Shown one piece after another: positions 58,857 through 64,000 of a DNA stretch of 64,000 bases; position 1 is the first letter of the stretch; each line of letters begins with the position of its first letter. The notes under the pieces are model-generated. The model was not told where the DNA came from. It ran no database searches and was given only the letters and a program-made list of their open reading frames with translations. The position numbers and the translations under genes were made by a program. The DNA is from Vicinamibacteria bacterium (GTDB lineage: Bacteria > Acidobacteriota > Vicinamibacteria > Marinacidobacterales > Marinacidobacteraceae), in assembly GCA_963668695.2 (NCBI GenBank), contig CAXXLQ010000004.1, positions 2,336,001 to 2,400,000 on the forward strand, given 5' to 3'.

Positions 58857-61005
58857 GCGGCAAGGAACTCCTGATCGAGATCGGTTGTGAGGAGATCCCC
58901 GCGGGCTGGGTCGAAGGATTTACCGCGGAGTTCGCGAAGGCTGTTTCCGACGGACTCGAGAAGGAGCGGCTGGGGGCTGCGGAGATCGGTTCCCACAGCA
59001 CGCTCCGCCGGCTGGTCGTGCACGCCACCGGAGTCCCGGGTCCCAGGAGGATGAGGTCCGCGACGTCCTTGGTCCCCCGTGGCGGCTGGCGAAGGATCCC
59101 GAGGGCGGCTGGAGCCGTGCGGCCGCCGGGTTCGCCCGCCGCCAGGGGATCGGAGAAGCGGACTTTGACGCGGCGCTCCGTGCGGTGGACACCCCGCGCG
59201 GTCAGTACCTCGGGGTCCGCCAGGTGGTCCCGGGGCGCCCGGCGGTCGAGATGGTGCCGGGAATCCTCGAGAGTGCGCTCCGTTCGCTGGCGATCCCGAA
59301 GGCGATGAACTGGGATGCCTCCATCGGGGGCAAGCCGTTCCCGTTCGCGCGGCCCATCCGCTGGATCGTCGCGCTGCTGGGGGAAGAGGTGATCCCGTTC
59401 CGGATCGAGGTTGCGGGCGGGACTCCCGTCGTGGCCGGAGACCGGAGCTACGGACACCGGTCCCGGACCACGGTGGCAGGAGAGGCGCCCGGAGCCTCGT
59501 TCGCGGTGCGTTCGTTCGAGGGGCTTCGGGACGATCTTCGGGATCGCTGCGTCGTGCTCGACGACGACGAGCGGAAGAACCAGTTGCTCGAAGCGTTGGG
59601 CCAGTGTCAGAGCGAAGCGGGAGAGCCGGCCGAAATCGGAGACGCTGTCGACGTGCACAGCAACCTGGTGGAGTACCCGGGATCGGTGCTGGGTGGGTTC
59701 CCCGAGGAATTCCTTTCGTTGCCGAAGGAGATCCGGGACACCGTCCTCATTCATCATCAGAAGTACTTCCCATTCCCGGCGAAACCGCTCTTCATCGCCG
59801 TCACCAACCTGCCGGACGACCCGGACGGGCAGGTCCGCCGGGGCGCCGAACGGGTGGTGGTGGCCCGGTTCCGGGACGCGCGCTTCTTCTGGGACGAGGA
59901 TCGGAAGCGGTCGCTAACCGAGACCCGGTCCCGGCTCTCGGGTGTCGTCTTCCATCACCGGCTCGGCAGCTTCCAGGAGAAGGCCGACCGGCTGGAGCGG
60001 CTTGCGGGTTGGATCGCCGGTTCGGTCGCCGCCGACGCGGACGCCGCAGCGGAAGCGGCCGGGCTCGCGAAGTGCGACCTCACCAGCAACCTGGTCGGGG
60101 AGTTCGCTTCGCTCCAGGGTGTCGTCGGCGGGCTCCTGCTCCGCGAGGAAGGAGTTCCGGACACCGTCTGGCAGGCGGTCTATGACCACTACCGGCCCGC
60201 GGGTCTCGAAGGAAATCTCCCCCGCCTTCCGGAGGGGGCTGCGGTTTCGCTGGCCGACCGGGCGGACACGCTGGCGGGGCTGTTCCTGGCCGGGGAGCAG
60301 CCGTCGGGTTCCGGCGATCCCTTCGCGCTGCGCCGGGCCGCGCTTTCGATGATTCGCGTGCTGCGGGACGCTCCCCAAGCGTTTCCGGCATATGGCGGCT
60401 GGCCGGCGCCCGAAGTCCTGCTGGATCGGGCTCTCGACGAGTTCGGCCCCGATCAGGAGGCGCGGGTCGCCGCCGTGGAGAAGCTCAGGGCCTTCGTGAA
60501 CGACCGGCTTCCGCACGCCTTCGTGGGCGCCAGGACGCCGCGCGGGGTGGTGAACGCCGTTCTCGCGATCCGGAACGTTTCCCATCCGGTTGCCGATACC
60601 TGGCAGCGGATTCAGGATCTTTCCCGGGCGGTGGAGAGCGGGGACTACGCCACCCTTGCCGCGGCCTCGCGGAGGGTGCGGCGCATTCTTTCCCCCGAGA
60701 TCCGAAACGGAAAGGGAGTCGGTCTGGCTCCGGGTCTTCTGGGCGAGCCCGCAGAGCGCCAGCTCTACGGGATGCTCGAGGAGGTCGAGGCCGAAGTTCG
60801 TCTGCGTTTCGCCGAGACCCGGTATTTCCCGGCTTTCCAGGCTCTCGCCACCCTGTCGCCCGCGATCGGCTCCTTCTTCGACGACGTGCTGGTCATGGCG
60901 GAGGACCCGGAGGTGCGGGCGAACCGGCTGGCGCTGCTGGCGCGGCTGGATGCTCTGTTCAGCGAGGTGGGGGACCTGAGCCAGATTGGGTCGGCGGCTT
61001 CATGA
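58853..61005 (+). CDS. glyS: Glycine--tRNA ligase beta subunit, with one frameshift near 59040
   Basis: [11 protein letters not shown] start in one frame; [35 protein letters not shown] and RANRLALL in another. Confidence 0.92.
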
Positions 61006-61159
61006 GGGAGAGGCGATGAGCGTTTTCGCCGTCCCCGGTTGGGTCCGGGTAGTGAGCAGGGGCAGCCGGGGGAGTTTCGCGGCCTGTGGCCGCGATGCCG
61101 ATCTGAAGACCGGCGTTCCCTTGGCTTCCCGGCATTGCGTTGGTCTTGGCGTGAGCTGC

Positions 61160-61296
61160 CAGGCTGTGGCAGAGGTCTGGCGGTATCCGTCCGCGGCGCG
61201 GAGCGCCGCGGGGGTGGGGTGTGGGGAGGGGTTTCCCTCCCCACGAAAGACGATGGCGCGGGTCGCGGAGCGATGCGCGCCATCATCCCGTGGGGG
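61160..61296. mobile_element. Partial MITE B (reverse orientation)
   Basis: GGGGTGTGGGGAGGGGTTTCCCTCCCCACGAAAGAC core. Confidence 0.65.
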
Positions 61297-61379
61297 ATGG
61301 GCCCCGCACTCGCAGTTACGGGGTTATTGTGGAGTGGCGCAATGCCGACCGCGGAAAAAGCCAATGGCAGCGAACTTTG

Positions 61380-61745
61380 TTCGCTGCCGGCGATTTCGGG
61401 GGAAAGTGTGAAAGGGGGCACCCCCCTTTCACAATCAGTGATGACGAATCGGAACTTGCCGCCGCGCGCCGACGGCGCGCAAGGAAGTTTCGATTCCCGG
61501 CGCGGAGCGCCGGGCGGCCTCTGGGCGGGGCCCCGCCGCAATCGAACCTGATGGATCCCACCTACCCCGCGCTATGGCCCCGTCCAGAGACCGCTCGACC
61601 TGACACGCCGCGCGCCGACGGCGCGCAAGGAAGTTTCGATTCCCGGCGCGAAGCGCCGGGCGGTCTTTGGACGGGGCCCCGCCGCAATCGAACCTGACGG
61701 ATCCGACCTAATCCACGCTATGGCCCCGTCCAAAGACCGCTTGAC
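61380..61745. repeat. Family C repeat plus a 146-bp-period tandem duplication including the mutL start
   Basis: 61460-61599 and 61606-61745 are near-identical; ATG at 61574 and 61720. Confidence 0.88.
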
Positions 61746-63534
61746 GATTCATCGGCTGCCGGTGGCGGTGGCCAACCAGATCGCTGCCGGGGAGGTGGTC
61801 GAGCGGCCGGCGGCGGTGGTCCGCGAGCTGGTCGAGAACTCGATCGATGCCGGGGCCTCCAACGTTGCGGTACGCGTCAAGGGCGCGGGGAAGACCGAGA
61901 TCCGGGTGAGCGACGACGGCGTCGGGATGAGCCCCGAAGACGCGCGGCTCGCCCTCGAACGTCACGCCACCAGCAAGATCGAATCGATGGATGACCTGAC
62001 CGCCATCGGCTCGCTCGGGTTCCGGGGCGAAGCGTTGCCCTCGATCGCCTCGGTATCCCGGTTCCGGCTGCGCACCCGGGATAAGGAGGCCGACTCCGGG
62101 TGGGAAATCGAGGTTGAGGGTGGAACCGTGGTGTCCGACCGGCCGGCCGGGATGCCGGTCGGGACGGTGGTGGAAGTGCGGAACCTCTTCTTCAACACCC
62201 CCGCGCGACGAAAATTCCTGCGCGGGCAAAAGACCGAAACCTCGCGTTTGGTCCAAGCGGTCCAGAATCTCGCCCTCGCGTGGCCGCAGGTGCGGTTCGA
62301 CTTGGAGAGCGACGACCGGCAGGTGCTCGCGCTCGAACCGAGCGAAGACACCGCCGGACGTCTCGAGCAACTCGAGCCCCGCTGGGCCCGGGACGCCATT
62401 CCGATCGAATCACACGCCGGGGACCTCGCGATCCGTGCGTTCCTCTCGCCGCCCATGGCGCCGCGCGGCGCTTCCTCGCGCCTCCTGCTCTTCGTGAACG
62501 GGCGGCCCATCAGGGATCGGAGGCTCTTCCACGCGGTCACCGAGGCCTACCGGCGGCTCTCGAGTCTCAGCGGCACGCCGAAGGCGTACGTGTTCCTGGA
62601 AGTGCCCCCGGAACTCGTGGACGTGAACGTGCATCCGGCGAAGGCGGAGGTGCGTTTTGCGGATCCCGACGAAGCCTGGCGCGCTGTATTCCGGAGCGTC
62701 CAAACCGCACTCGAGGGTTCGCCAAAGCGGGTGGACATCGGGCCGGCGGTCGCGGGACGCGCTGGCTCGCGCCCCCGCGGAACCACCCGCGAGGGTCTCG
62801 GCGACGCCCCGAGCGGGAGCCCGACCCGCGAAGCCGGCGGGACCTTCGAGCGGCGGCCCGGCTGGGGCGGGCCTGGCTGGGATGGGAAAGCCGTCGGGGA
62901 CCTGCTCTACGCGGCCGACCGGGTGGAGGATGCCGGCCGCGCGGGATACCTGGACTTCGGGGCCGTTCCGCCCGCAGTCCGTGGGCAGTTCCACAAGACC
63001 TACATCCTCGCCGAGGAGCAACACGATCTGGTGCTGGTGGACCAGCACGCAGCCGAGGAGCGGGTGATCTTCAACCGGCTGATGGAAGCGTCCGAAAACC
63101 CCCGGACGTTGTCCCTGCTGCAGCCGGTTCCGCTCGAACTCTCGCCCGTGGAGCGGGCGGTGCTCGCCGACGAGCAGGAGCGGTTGGCTGCCGCCGGTTT
63201 CGACATCGAGCCGTTCGGCGGCGATTCCTGGATCCTTCGCGGGGTGCCGGAGGTGCTGGGGGTAGGCCGCGGGCTCGATGTCCTCATGCGCTCGCTGGCT
63301 TCCGAAGAGAGCGAATGCGCGGCGAGCGCCGCCCACGACGCCCGCGCCCGGATCATGGCGCGGGTAGCGTGTCATGCCGCGGTGACCGCCGGGGTCTCGC
63401 TCACGACGGAGAGGATGACCGAGGTGCTGCAGTCCCTCTGGGAGACCGCTAATCCTTCCACCTGTCCGCACGGACGTCCGACGGTGCTGCGGCTGGATCT
63501 GCCCTTCATCGAGCGGCGCTTCGGCCGGAGCTGA
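61720..63534 (+). CDS. mutL: DNA mismatch repair protein MutL
   Basis: NQIAAGEVVERP, GFRGEAL, DVNVHPAK, DQHAAEER, ACHAAV, CPHGRP. Confidence 0.97.
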   Translation: MAPSKDRLTIHRLPVAVANQIAAGEVVERPAAVVRELVENSIDAGASNVAVRVKGAGKTEIRVSDDGVGMSPEDARLALERHATSKIESMDDLTAIGSLGFRGEALPSIASVSRFRLRTRDKEADSGWEIEVEGGTVVSDRPAGMPVGTVVEVRNLFFNTPARRKFLRGQKTETSRLVQAVQNLALAWPQVRFDLESDDRQVLALEPSEDTAGRLEQLEPRWARDAIPIESHAGDLAIRAFLSPPMAPRGASSRLLLFVNGRPIRDRRLFHAVTEAYRRLSSLSGTPKAYVFLEVPPELVDVNVHPAKAEVRFADPDEAWRAVFRSVQTALEGSPKRVDIGPAVAGRAGSRPRGTTREGLGDAPSGSPTREAGGTFERRPGWGGPGWDGKAVGDLLYAADRVEDAGRAGYLDFGAVPPAVRGQFHKTYILAEEQHDLVLVDQHAAEERVIFNRLMEASENPRTLSLLQPVPLELSPVERAVLADEQERLAAAGFDIEPFGGDSWILRGVPEVLGVGRGLDVLMRSLASEESECAASAAHDARARIMARVACHAAVTAGVSLTTERMTEVLQSLWETANPSTCPHGRPTVLRLDLPFIERRFGRS

Positions 63535-63539
63535 GAGCG

Positions 63540-63779
63540 ATGGCAAGGAACCGGAAGTCCCCCAAGGCGCCGTTGCCCACCGCGGTGACCCTGGCGTGGG
63601 TGCGCTATTTCGGCGGGCGGACGCTACAGATGGTGGGAATGCTGGTGGTGACCGCCGCGGCCGCACTCTTCTTCGGCGCTGACGCCGAGCGGCGCATGCT
63701 CCTGTTCACCGGCACGGGAGCCCTGTTTTTCGCGATCGGGTGGCTGCTGTCCAGGAAACGTCCCCCCGAGGTGGACTGA
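63540..63779 (+). CDS. Small 2-TM membrane protein
   Basis: Follows mutL by 5 nt; two hydrophobic helices; GC-rich third codon positions. Confidence 0.65.
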   Translation: MARNRKSPKAPLPTAVTLAWVRYFGGRTLQMVGMLVVTAAAALFFGADAERRMLLFTGTGALFFAIGWLLSRKRPPEVD

Positions 63780-63849
63780 TCCCCACCGGCGCTCCCATGC
63801 CGGATGGCGATCCGCCTGGAGGCCTGCGGCGAAGGGCCGCGGGTGGGAG

Positions 63850-63935
63850 GCTGCGGCGCGAAGCGCCGCAGGGGAGGGGTGTGGGGAGGGTTTCCCTCCC
63901 CACGAAAGAGGGTGGAGAGAATCGCGCAGCGATCC
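63850..63935. mobile_element. Partial MITE B core
   Basis: GGGGTGTGGGGAGGGGTTTCCCTCCCCACGAAAG core. Confidence 0.6.
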
Positions 63936-64000
63936 TCTCCACCGGCCCGCGGGGGAAGTGCCCCGCATCCGACCATCCCCCGGGGTCTCGTCTGCCTGAG

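Overview
GC-rich (roughly 65-70% by eye) bacterial chromosome segment. It is probably Acidobacteriota-like, which I infer from gene order and families and have not verified. It is mostly housekeeping genes: rpsO-pnp, purC, an ECF sigma/anti-sigma/Lia-like/DUF4097 envelope-stress operon, nrdR, pgpA-cinA-thpR, ribD/ribE/ribBA, efp-epmA, yceD-rpmF-fabDG-acpP-fabF, mutY-leuS-lptE-holA, mgtE, recO-glyQS and mutL. Accessory genes include arsR-arsI, two PIN toxin-antitoxin pairs, a UbiD decarboxylase, a VPS10-type hydrolase and tandem hemerythrins. No rRNA, tRNA, CRISPR array or transposase was recognised. The most striking signal is non-coding: a hierarchy of nested repeats. A 181-bp TA-flanked MITE (family A), a related ~225-bp element (family B) and REP-like hairpins are colonised by an 18-bp micro-element, CCCCACCGGGAGAACTGG (about 27 exact copies by hand count). 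Empty and filled MITE copies differ by multiples of 18 bp (181, 199, 217, 235 and 272 bp). One family-B element sits in frame inside a lipoprotein signal peptide. A lower-GC insert between mgtE and recO appears to encode a frameshifted, secreted 10-Cys bacteriocin-like precursor plus a membrane immunity-like protein, under a palindromic operator. Several frameshifts, including one in essential glyS, suggest indel errors in the assembly.
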